A DNA stretch of 64,000 nt from NCBI RefSeq assembly GCF_009914755.1, contig NC_060932.1; one strand, written 5' to 3'. Both the position numbers and the translations under genes were made by a program. Numbering within the stretch: position 1 is the stretch's first letter; every line of letters starts with the position of its first letter. Below are positions 53,672 to 64,000 of the stretch, piece after piece. The notes beneath the pieces were generated by a model that saw nothing but the letters and a program-made list of their open reading frames with translations, made no database searches and had not been told where the DNA came from. The DNA is from the human T2T-CHM13v2.0 reference genome, Homo sapiens.

Positions 53672-54390
53672 TTTTTGTTGCTGTTGAGATAGGGTCTCAC
53701 TCTGTCTCCCAGGAAGCAGTGCAGTGGCGCAATCACAGCTCACCATAGCCCTCACCTGCAGTGGCAAAATCACGGCTCACCATAGCCCTCACCTGCAGTG
53801 GCAAAATCACGGCTCACCATAGCCCTCACCTGCAGTGGCAAAATCACGGCTCACCGTAGCCCTCACCTGCAGGCGCACAACCAGGGCTCACTGTAGCCCT
53901 CACCTGCAGTGGCACAACCAGGGCTCACGGTAGCCCTCACCTGCAGTGGCACAATCACGGCTCACCGTAGCCCTCACATGCAGGGGCACAACCAGGGCTC
54001 ACTGTAGCCCTCACCTGCAGTGGCACAATCACGGCTCACCGTAGCCCTCACATGCAGGGGCACAACCAGGGCTCACCGTAGCCCTCACCTGCAGTGGCAC
54101 AACCACGGCTCACCGTAGCCGTCACCTGCAGTGGCACAAACACGGCTCACTGTAGCCCTCACATGCAGGGGCACAACCAGGGCTCACCGTAGCCCTCACC
54201 TGCAGTGGCACAAACAAGGCTCACCGTAGCCCTCACCTCCCTGGGCTCAGGTGATCCTTTTACCTCAGCCTTCCAAGTAGCTGGAACTATAGGCAAGTGC
54301 CCTCATGCCCAGCTAATTTTTTAATTTTTAATTTTTATTTTATAGAAACGGCTTTTTATCACGTTCCCCAGCCTAGTCTCAAATTCCTGG
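53672..54390 (-). mobile_element. AluJ (5'-truncated) carrying an internal tandem amplification
   Basis: gagatagggtctcactctgt..cccagg..gtgcagtgg [array] cctgggctcaggtgatcc..cctcagccttccaagtagctgg..gtctcaaattcctgg. Confidence 0.93.
53721..54238. repeat. Alu-derived minisatellite, 14 x 37 bp (consensus ~GCAGTGGCACAATCACGGCTCACCGTAGCCCTCACCT)
   Basis: Units start at 53721 and every 37 bp up to 54202, with no indels. Confidence 0.97.
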
Positions 54391-55474
54391 AGTCTGATGT
54401 TTCTAGATTCCAACTAGGAGATCTTCCTGTGTCTGGTTTATTCCACTCAGCATGATGGGCTTCAGGTTACTGCATGCTATTCCAAATGGCAAGATTTTCT
54501 TCTTTTTGAGGCTGAAGAGTATTACAGAGTGTGTATCATATTTTCTTTATCCGTTCGTCTGTTGACAGGAACTTAGGTGGTTTCCATATTTTGGCTTTTA
54601 CGAATACTGCTGCAGAAAACCTGAGAGTGCAGGTATCTCTTTGAGGTGCTAATTTCATCTGCGTTGGATGTAGACCCAGGCCTGGGACTGCTGGGTCATA
54701 TGGTAGTGCTATTCTAATGTTTTGAGGAACCTCCATAATGGTGGTCTCAGTTTACTTTCCCATCAATGAGGTTCCATTTTCTCTACATCCTCACTTGTTA
54801 TTTTTTGACTTTGGGATAATAGAGCCATTTTAACAGGGGTGAGGTAGTATTTTATTCTGGTTTTGCAGGACTGAAAGAAACGTGTTATTAACAGCCAGTC
54901 CTCACACCCTCCTCTCCTGGTTCTATCACCGATTCTATCACTGATAACATTTCTTGGCAAGTTTTCATACTCTTCAGATTTTAGTGACAATTAGCCACAA
55001 TGTTCTTTTCATAGTTTACTTCCCTCCTCCTCCAGCACTCACACACTCAGAGAATGGCTTATTTCTTAAGCAATGATTTCCTACTTCCTTCCTCTACTAC
55101 GCTTCCTAATTACCTGTAAGCTTTGGTGATATGACCAAGGCCTGTTGGGTGTTTTGTGGTACCTTGGACGCGTGTGGTCAAGAACCACAAGCAGTGGGCC
55201 TTTCTAAGACTTTGCAATCCCCCAAGTGGAGAGTTTCCTCTAACAAACAAGCTATACGAACACTCTCAAAATAATGCTATTACATAATTAAGCAATAATA
55301 CGTATTTTTAATCATTTACAACACTGAGTTTCAGCTCAGGCATCACCTTTGTTTCAACATTAGCAACTGTAAGTGCTGCCATCCCACTGCCTATAGCCAC
55401 CGTGCACACTCACCCCCAATTCACATAGCAAAGGAAGGGTGTGTATTTTGGAAGCATTCTTTACATTCTTCTTT

Positions 55475-55700
55475 TTGTAAATAAATTTTGTTGTGTATAT
55501 TTAGGGGTATGCAACATAATATTATGAAATAGCTATGGATAGTAAACAGGTTACTATAGTAAAGCAAATTAACATATCCGTAACCCCACATGATCACCCA
55601 CCTTTTTTTTGTTTGTTTGTTTCTGTGGCAAAGGCAGCTAAAATATGCTCATTTACTATAAATCCCATATGCAGCACAGTTTGATTACCTGTATTCTTCA
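55475..55700 (-). mobile_element. L1MA4-like 3' tip
   Basis: ttgtgtatatttaggggtat..gttactatagtaaagcaaattaacatatcc..gtggcaaaggcagctaaaat. TSD-like acattcttcttt (55463-55474) / acgttcttcttt (55700-55711). Confidence 0.85.
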
Positions 55701-55928
55701 CGTTCTTCTTTAGCTTTACATATGTAGTTTAAACGTGCATTTGGGAAACTGATGTGACTCCTAGAACACCACAGGGCTATTCTTCTATAAGTGGTTGGAA
55801 TTTTGGGAGACTCAGAATGCTTCCTTCTTACAGGGGAGGCTGCCCGGCAAGCAGATCTCGGCCTGGGCCAGAACTTCAGAGAGCAGTCTCTTCAGAATGC
55901 ACGGTGGCTGGGAGCAGGCCTATCTATT

Positions 55929-56312
55929 AAAAAAATTATTTCCATAGGTTTTGGGAGAACAGGTGGTATTTGGTTACATGAGCAAGTTCTTTAGAGGTGA
56001 TTTGTGAGATTTTGGTGCACCCGTGACCCGAGTGGTATACAATGAACTTGCAGTCTTCTATCCTTCACCCCTCCCACCCTTTCCCACGAGCACCTGAAGT
56101 CTATTGTATCATTCTTACACCTTTGCATCCACGTAGCTTAGCTCCCACGTACGAGTAAGTAGAAAAATAGTCTCCAGTTCCATTCAGGATGCTGTAAATG
56201 GTATATATATATATATATAGATACATACATGTGTGTCTGTGTGTGTACATATATACACACACACACATCATATATATATATATATGATGAAATACTATGC
56301 AGCCATAAAAAG
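55929..56312. mobile_element. L1PB with 5' inversion: ~55929-56200 minus, ~56201-56312 plus, including a TA/TG/CA microsatellite
   Basis: ttatttccataggttttgggagaacaggtggtatttggttacatgag is the L1PB 3' end (antisense). atatatgatgaaatactatgcagccataaaaagg is sense. TSD-like ggagcaggcctatcta / ggggtgggcctctcta. Confidence 0.88.
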
Positions 56313-57039
56313 GGGTGGGCCTCTCTACAGTGGCTATATGACTTCTCTGTAGCTGTGGACACATAGAAACCTTTCCCTACCAACTGCTATTTGAAAGAGC
56401 AGGAGAGGAGACTGTAATTTCTTCTACTGTCCTAAAATGCTGCCTCAAAGGCACACTATAATATTGTAATAAGAATCTACTTAGGTTAAAAAGGCAAGAA
56501 AAAAAAGAGCACTCTGGAACATCTCTCAAATTAACCCTGGGTGTGCTCCAACCCAGTGTTTCATGCCTTTGAAACTGAACACGACTCTCCTGCAACGATA
56601 TTGAAACCTAGGAACCACCCAGGCAACACGTGGGCTCTCTGCCATCACTCCAGGATGGGCAATCCTAGCATTCCGTTTCAATCAGAACACGTTGGTGACA
56701 TGGAAAATGTCAGGTACAAAACAGAACCCAGGGAAAGATAATTCAACAAGAAAATACACACCTGAGAGCCTGGGATGGACTCCTTTTGTTCCTTGATCTG
56801 GGTCTTCTTGGGCCCACTCAGTCTTAGGACCTACCTAGGAGGGCTGTGGAACACTGCTTTTCTCCCTGTAAATATGCATAATACAAACTTCCCAGTCCCC
56901 ACTCTATGACAGTTACATCCACACCCCCGTAATTTCAGTGCTTCATCCTTTCAGTCTAAATATTTGGTTTCACATAAAACGAAAATCTTTCTGATTAAGG
57001 AAAATATTTGGGGCAATTATCAATCACAAATGAATGCAG

Positions 57040-57222
57040 ACGATAATAGTTAATACATAGCACTTTTATATTAATTATTTCAATTAACCCTTGCAAAAAA
57101 ATTAAGAAGGCGATGCTAGTATATTTACTTTATAGAAAACTGTCAGAGACATTGTAACTCTCCAAAGTCACATGGCCACTTGTGGTAGAGACAGGATGAG
57201 AATCTGCCCAGATAATCTAACT
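57040..57222 (-). mobile_element. MIR
   Basis: gataatagttaatacatagcactt..gtaactctccaaagtcacatggccacttgtggtagagacaggat. Confidence 0.65.
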
Positions 57223-57232
57223 CCAATCCTAT

Positions 57233-57576
57233 TCTCTCTCTCTCTCTCGTTTTTTTCTTTTTTTGAGACGGAGTATCACTCTGTCGTCCAGGCTGGAGTA
57301 CAGGGACATGATCTCTGCTCACTGCAACCTCTGTCCCCTTGGTTTAAGCAACTCTCCTGCCTCAGCCTCCTGAGTAGCTGGGACTACAGGCACGCACCAC
57401 AGCACCTGGATAATTTTTTCTTTCTTTCTTTCTTTCTTTTTTTTTTTTGTATCTTTAGTAGAGATAGGTTTTCACCATGTTTTCCAGGCTGGTCTCGAAC
57501 TCTTGACCTCATGATTCACAAACCCCTCGGCCTCCCAAACTGTTGGGATTACAGGCGTGAGCCAATGCGCTTGGCC
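57233..57576 (-). mobile_element. AluS with (CT)n tail and (CTTT)n-expanded linker
   Basis: Antisense two-arm Alu. Confidence 0.96.
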
Positions 57577-58679
57577 CCCATTCTCTTTTGGGTATAGGAT
57601 GTGCCTCCCAGTTACGTCTCAGAATGGTTCCAGGAAGGGTCTTGATTAGAAGAAGGAATTATGATGTGCCTGGGGAGTCAGTAAAGAAAGAGAAGTAAAA
57701 GGAAAAGTTGAAAATTAATTCCAGAGCTAGCTTTGATGCTTTACTTATAGTAAGTAAAGAAAAGAAATCACTGCTGTTCACAATCACAACACAACCTCAA
57801 TAAAAAGGCTGAGCGGAATCTACCTAAAAGTATTTTTAAAGTTATATTTGGGAGTAAGTTGTGTGATACACGGCATTGCAAAATGCTTTTTTACTTTGAA
57901 ATCAACCTTTCTGTGCAGCAGATACTTGATAGCAGGTATGTAAACATGAAGCTGCCATGAGCAGCCCAAACCAGCCAAGTGGTCAGATGGCACTTTGCAG
58001 CGCCCATCAGACCCATTCTGCTTGAATGTACAGGGAACTGCGGAACACACTCCAGCTGACAGTGACAGCCACGTGCTGGGCTTCAGGAACATGTGAATAT
58101 TGACACATTTTTAGAAACTTTGCTTCCATGCGTTTTATTCTTGTGACAGTGCATAAGCTCTGTCTCTTGTGGTTATGGAATTAGATCTTTCCATTTGCAT
58201 TGCACATACGAAAATTAAAATCTTTGGAACAATTATTCTATACAACTTTGATTGTTAATTCTCACTGCTTGTGACATAGAATGCCCTCATCTAAGAATCA
58301 GAAAATTAAGCTGCTCAAGGGGCTCTTTTAATGCTATTGGAAATATATTTCAAACAGGACTTAGCCAAGCACAGGAAACACTCACGGTGTGTTAGCTTTA
58401 GAGGATAATGGGATCAAGTTGAAGGAAAATTATGGCAACAGGCGAGAGTAGGTCAAGTTCATGTTTAAAACATTAAAATCTATGATTCGAAACCTTGCTA
58501 ACTTTCTAATTAAAATTCTTCAATAAATGATATTTTTAATGTGAATTTCTAAAGATTCCAAATAGATCAGTTTAAAATCAACTTATGGTGATTTTCAGAA
58601 AATGGTGATCAAAGACAGCAGAAGAATGAGGACATCAGCGAACTGGACTGTCTTGAAGAGCACACTTGGCGTGAGGCAT

Positions 58680-59039
58680 TTTATAGGTTCATTTTCACAG
58701 TCCTATAAATAATTGCCTGAGACTGGGCAATTTATGAAGAAAAGAGATTTAATTGACTCACAGTTCCACATGGCTGGGGAGGCCTCAGGAAAGTCCTAAT
58801 CATGGCAGAAGGTGAAGGAGAAGCAAGGCACATCTTACATGGTGATAGGAGGAGAGAGAGTTAGGAAATGTCACACTTGGAAACTATCGGCTCTCATGAG
58901 AACTCACTCACTATCATGAGAACGGCATGGGGGAAAATGTCTCCATGAGCCTATCACCTCCCACCAGCTCCCTCCTCAACACGTGAGGATTACAACTCCA
59001 GATGAGATTTGGGTGGGGACACAGAGCCAACCCATAGTA
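58680..59039 (-). mobile_element. MST/THE1D-like MaLR solo LTR with perfect 5-bp TSD
   Basis: ttaattgactcacagttccacatggctggggaggcctcagga..gagatttgggtggggacacagagccaa; TSD GGCAT at 58675-58679 and 59040-59044. Confidence 0.95.
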
Positions 59040-59745
59040 GGCATCATGTCCAAAAGTCAGTCTAATAAATTGTGGCCATAAATCTCTCCCCAACTCTGTG
59101 GCTCTGTGAATGAAGGAGGTGGCTCTTTGGATGGAACCAAGGCTGCAGTTGAAGCAGAGGCAAAGAAGGGTTGAGATTTCATGAAAGGAAATGGTGGATA
59201 ATGACACGTTGTGGCACTTAATCTGACTAAAGAGACAATGAGGACAAGAAAGTAGAGATAAGGAGGGACAGTGAAAAATTGGTAGCAACAGTGAATTACA
59301 GGTTCAGGAGATAAAGAACAGTGTCCAGACTCAGGTGCATGAAGCTGGAACAGCAGGACATTTACAATGAAGTTTCAAAGAAGCTGAAGTTTCTACTCTC
59401 GAAAGGTCTGTGCTGAGATCATGGGACAGAATGGCTGAAGCCCCATGGGAAGAAACAGCACTGGCAGAAAGGAGGTTAAGGCTAGGATTTTAGAGAGAGC
59501 ATGTTATGGACATTAAAATTTCACAAGGTCACTATAGAAGTATTAATAGAGAACACAGAACTAGGATTGAAAATTTGAAAGAATAAGGGCGAATGGGTTG
59601 CACAAGATTTGAACAAATATAACAAGGGACAGAAATCAAAATGTCAAAGGAGCTTTCCTGCCCTGCATTACTGCTGGTTTTTGGCGGAGATCTAGCAATC
59701 TACCACTATTCAACTCCCTGATGGCTTTCTTAAACCAAGTTCTTG

Positions 59746-60064
59746 GGCCGGGTGCAGTGGCTCACACCTGTAATCCCAGCACTTTGGAAGCCCAGGATGG
59801 GTGGATCACTTATGGTCGGGAGTTCAAGACCAGCCTGGCCAACATGGTGAAATCCCATCTCCACTACAAAATACAGAAATTAGCTGGGCCTGGTTGTGGG
59901 TACCTGTAATCCCAGCTACTCAGGTGCCAGAGGCAGGAGAATTGCTTGAACCTGGGAGGCAGACATTGCGGTGAATTGACATCATGCCACTGCACTCCAG
60001 CCTGGGTAACAGAGTGAGACTCCTGAGACTCCATGTCAACAACAACAACAACAAAACAAGAAAG
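59746..60064 (+). mobile_element. AluS with (CAA)n tail and a 9-bp internal duplication (tgagactcc x2, 60015-60032)
   Basis: Full Alu. TSD aaaccaagttcttg (59732-59745) / aaactgagttcctg (60065-60078). Confidence 0.96.
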
Positions 60065-60861
60065 AAACTGAGTTCCTGAGAAAAAGCAGAGTCTGAGGCA
60101 AATAGGTGTTAATTGCTGATACCATAATTTGGAAATGCAATCCTGGGATGCTCTTAATGAGAGATAGAAAAATGAGGCAGGAAAGGTCAGAATGCAATTG
60201 AAGTTGCGCTGTTACCTGCTGGCCACACTTCACAGGGATGTAGAGAGACACAGCTTGTCACTCAGCAGGTGTTTGTGCTTGCCCCTCCACCCCCGCTGAT
60301 GTCTCTAAATAAACTGCACAGACAGAGTGCATCTTGGGGCAGGCCTTGGGGAAGGAAGGAAAGGAAAATTGTCTGCTAGACTTCCCCTGTTTTACACTTT
60401 CCAAAATTCAGAGTTTTTATGCATTTCCAGATGACATCATCTAGCTGCATGGCACTGCATCGGAAGCCATATTTTGTGTCTTGATGTGTGCTGCTTCTCC
60501 CAAGGCCAAAAACGGCCAAAAGAGTCAAACAATCAGAACACATAGCAGCATCCCTGGAAAGAGGCCCTGGGCTCCAGGAGAAGCAGTTATCCTGAGGCCT
60601 GAATGGCTCGGAGGACAGAACTATGTGAATATTCATGGGAGTGATCTGTAAATAGTAACATGCTGCATAAATCCCAGGTACTATTTTTAGAAATTCTCTC
60701 TGATGATATGTATTTCCTTCACATTAAGACTGCCATTTAGAATCTGCAGGGAGCGTTGTTGAAAAAATGTGTGTAGTCATATACCCTTCTATTACACAAT
60801 GAGTCCTAATGGAAGTAAGTCAAAAAGGAAAACGATGAAAAAAATTGGAAATAAGCTATTC

Positions 60862-61146
60862 GGGGTGTGGGGTTGGGAAATGTTGGTAAAATGATTAAAA
60901 ATTTCAGTTAAACAAGAGGACTAAGTCCTATAGACCTTATGTTCAAAGTGGTGACTATAGTTAATAACAATATATTGTATACTTAATAATTGCTTAAAGA
61001 GATTTTGCTTTCTCACCACAAATATGTGAGGTAATACATATGCTAATTAGCTTGATTTAGCTATTCCACAATGTATACATATTTCAAAACATCATGTTGT
61101 ATACCATAGATATACACAATTTTTATTTATTGATTTAAAAAGTTAA
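60862..61146 (+). mobile_element. L1MA6/7-like 3' tip with 13-bp TSD
   Basis: gtgactatagttaataacaa..tgtgaggtaatacatatgctaattagcttgatttag. TSD aaataagctattc (60849-60861) / aaacaagctattc (61147-61159). Confidence 0.92.
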
Positions 61147-61159
61147 AAACAAGCTATTC

Positions 61160-64000
61160 TGAACTCTGGTTTCAGCTCTGGTATATAAAAAACTTAGAAG
61201 TTATCACTCCCCTCCTTACAACAAGAAAAAATGAAACAAACTGTTAATTAGCAACTATTCTTTGATGCATCAGTGGGATGGGGATGTGGGGAAATCTTGC
61301 ACCACCAAGTATTGGGCAGGCAAATCCAGAGAGTCCAGCAGATGCCTACTTAACTGGAGCAGAAGCGTCTGGAGGCATAAACTGGTACGAAGTGTAAAAT
61401 GGTAATTTTGATGAATTTCTCAAGGGCATGTGGACTATCATGAGAAAGAAAAACTTGCAGAGGCAGAAGGCTGCAGTCTTAAAATTCACACATTTATTGG
61501 TGTTATCTCCAGAAGCCCCATTGTGTTCTCATGGTGAAGATGTCATGGAGAAATAAACCCTCCTGATTCTGGCAGGACGCGTGGAAACAAAAAACCATGT
61601 GAAATTCACCCAGAGCATTCTCCATAAACAGTGCCCCCTCACAGCTGAAAGGACTTCGGTAGAGCCTAAACCAGCCAAAGGAAGGGCATTGCTCTCGTTC
61701 CAGTTCTTCTTTGACTTCATGTCTCAATAAACGAATTTTTAAAAAATATCTATATAACTAGAGAAATGTTCTTAAAGTTGATGACCTTAAAACATAGGTC
61801 CACTAAGGTACAATCATAAGACCATAAAGTTTCCCCACCCCCACACCTTACCTCCACACCAACAGACATCCAGTACGACAACAGTGGGTTACAGATAGAA
61901 AAAGGTACAAAACATGAACTCTGTTTGAGAAGGAGTCCTTAGGGAATCCTAGAATTAATGAGGACAAGAACCAGGATACAAGAAAAGTTTGAAAACTTTG
62001 GCAAGTACAACAGTGGCAAAACTTAAATGTGGCCCATCTTTTTTAAACTGAAGACCTATTTACCTCAGTTCCTATAACTGTACACATTATGTCTGGTTTT
62101 CAACAACAACAAAAAATTATAAACCATGCTAAAAGATAGAAAAAGAATGCAAGTTGAAGAGACAAAGAAAGTATGAGAAACAGAATCATATATGAGAGAG
62201 ATTTTGAAATTATCAGTTTGTGAATGTAAAATAATCATGATTAATATTCTAAGGGCGCTAATGGAGAAAGTGAACGATATGGAAAACAAAATAAAACATT
62301 GCAAGCAGTGTAAGAAGAGAGATGGACATTCTAAAAATTAGCAAAAAGGACATGCAGGAAATTCATAACACTATAATAGGAATGAAGAATGTCTGTTTTT
62401 AATGAGCTCATCTGAAGTGCAGGCACAGCTTAAGTGAGAATCACTAACCTCAAAGATAGGTCAAGAGAAACCCTGCACACTTAAACATAAAGAGTGAGAA
62501 TATTTAACAGAAAAAAATCTATTAAAAATAGAGCACCCAAGAAAAGTGGAACAATTTCAAAGGCATAATACACCATGTGATTAATTGGAATGAGAGAAGT
62601 AGAAGAAAGACAAAAAGGAGCACAAAAATATCTGATGTTACATTGTAAATAACCTCCCTAAATTAATGACTAACACTAAATGACAAATACAGGAAGCAGG
62701 CATATTATATTCAAAATGCAGGAAATTAAAGACAAAGAAAAAAATCTTGAAAACACACAAAAAACATAATCTCTAAAAGAAGAATGAGAACTACAGAGAA
62801 CTTATCAAAACACACAAAAGAAAGAGAGTGCAGTAAAATATTTGAAACATTGAAGATAAAAAACAGTTTATATTCGGTAAAATTATTACTCAAAAACACA
62901 AGAAAAAATAAAGACTTTCTCATCTCACCAAAAACTTAGGCAATTCATAATAGATCTTACCTGCAGGAAATGTTAAAAATTCTTTAGGGAGAAGGAAGAT
63001 AATATAGCTGAGAAATTCAAATCCACATAAATAAAGGAAGTGAATAAAGAAGGAATCAGAAAAGGTATAGTTTTTTTTCCTTATTGATAATTGTTTTGAA
63101 AGATAATTTAAAAATAATAATATTAAAAACATATTGAGTAATATAGCATGTAGATAAGTGAAATGAATGAAAGCAATGGAATAAGAAACTAGAGGAAGGA
63201 ATTGGAAGTATTCTGATATAAGACATATGCTCCATCTATGAAGCAATATAGTGTTACTTGAAGGAGAATTTTAATTAGTTATAAACAAATATTGAAAAAC
63301 CAATAAAATACATTTTTTAAAGTTAATTGATATGCTAAGAGAAGAGATAAATGGAATCATGTCAGATTTTGAATTAAACTCAGACGAGGCAGAAAATAAA
63401 AGAACAAGAACAACAAATACAATGGATTGAAAACAGTTAAAAACATGGTAGGTATTCATCCAAATATACAAAAACCACTTTAAATATGAAGGATTTAAAT
63501 ACAGCAAGCGAAAAACAAAGACGGCTCAGAGTGATTTAATAAAAGCAAAAACAAAACTAAGCCCCCAAAAATGTTGTCACAAAAAACTCACTTAAATATA
63601 GAGACTCAATAAGCGAATAGTAAAAATTAGGTGAATTATAAAATTATACTGCTTACTAACTTTAATGGAAAGTATCCTGGATTATCAATTTTACAGAAAT
63701 GGACATCTGGGATTATGGGGAGTATTACATATGATAAAGGGGATCAATTATCCAGAACGACATAACAATCCTAAACATATATGCACTTAACTACTGAGCA
63801 TCTGATAGGTGATGCAAAAACCTTACAGAACTAAAGTGACCAGTAGAAACTTTTATAATAGGACACTTCAACAGCCTTCTTTTTGGAATTAATACATGCA
63901 ACAGAAAAAATTCTCAGTGAGAATGTAGATGACCTGAAGAGCACAATCTTTTAACTTGATCAGGTTTCCTCAGATTAATAGAACATTCTCCAAGTTAGAC
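61160..64000 (+). mobile_element. Old L1MD-type element: 5'UTR, decayed ORF1, inter-ORF and start of ORF2; runs off the right edge
   Basis: L1MD-like 5' end (ttagaagttatcactcc..acaacaagaaaaa). ORF1-like gaatgaagaatg..aatgagctcatc. EN-like tgataaaggggatcaattatccagaacgacataacaatcctaaac. Confidence 0.8.

Larger units (their letters stand above)
53315..54868 (-). mobile_element. L1MA8/9-like 3' fragment, interrupted by the Alu/minisatellite at 53672-54390
   Basis: aaataaaaagtgtatatatttaaggtgt..ccacctcaca..gagaacagttaagatc..attctctgtttctataagttcaac, resuming ttctagattcc..tttgaggaacctccata. Confidence 0.9.

Noticed and set aside
53750-54215. CTCF-like motif (cctgcagtggcac / catgcaggggcac) in each repeat unit
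   Set aside because: One base shorter than the CCASYAGRKGGCRS core. I cannot support it without a PWM scan or ChIP data.
53721-54238. 37-bp repeat array resembling a CRISPR array
   Set aside because: The units are head-to-tail with no unique spacers, derive from Alu sequence, and there are no cas genes. The context is primate DNA.

Overview
AT-rich, CpG-depleted primate genomic DNA, probably human or ape (Alu J/S/young-type SINEs, L1PA/L1PB/L1M LINEs, MaLR, ERV1 and ERVL LTRs, Tigger3a, MER53). It reads as intergenic or deep-intronic sequence. I found no recognisable protein-coding exon, RNA gene, CpG island or CRISPR array. The ORF-track entries are TE-derived, microsatellite-derived or chance ORFs. 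Repeat subfamily names come from my memory of consensus sequences and need RepeatMasker/Dfam confirmation. The most notable structures are: (1) a 14 x 37-bp minisatellite amplified from inside an Alu, with an E-box at every unit junction (53721-54238); (2) several strong plus-strand splice-signal configurations in unique DNA, including a candidate 3-nt microexon or recursive splice site (19264-19266) and a polypyrimidine-CAG|GTATGT site (29665), which can be chained post hoc into one speculative 107-aa frame; (3) three L1s with twin-priming-type 5' inversions; (4) a young-looking 95-bp internally deleted Alu; (5) an orphan 70-bp internal L1PA fragment headed by A23; (6) a GAA/GGA triplet tract replacing an Alu tail; (7) a perfect 26-bp AT palindrome. 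The sequence alone does not establish a new biological system here.
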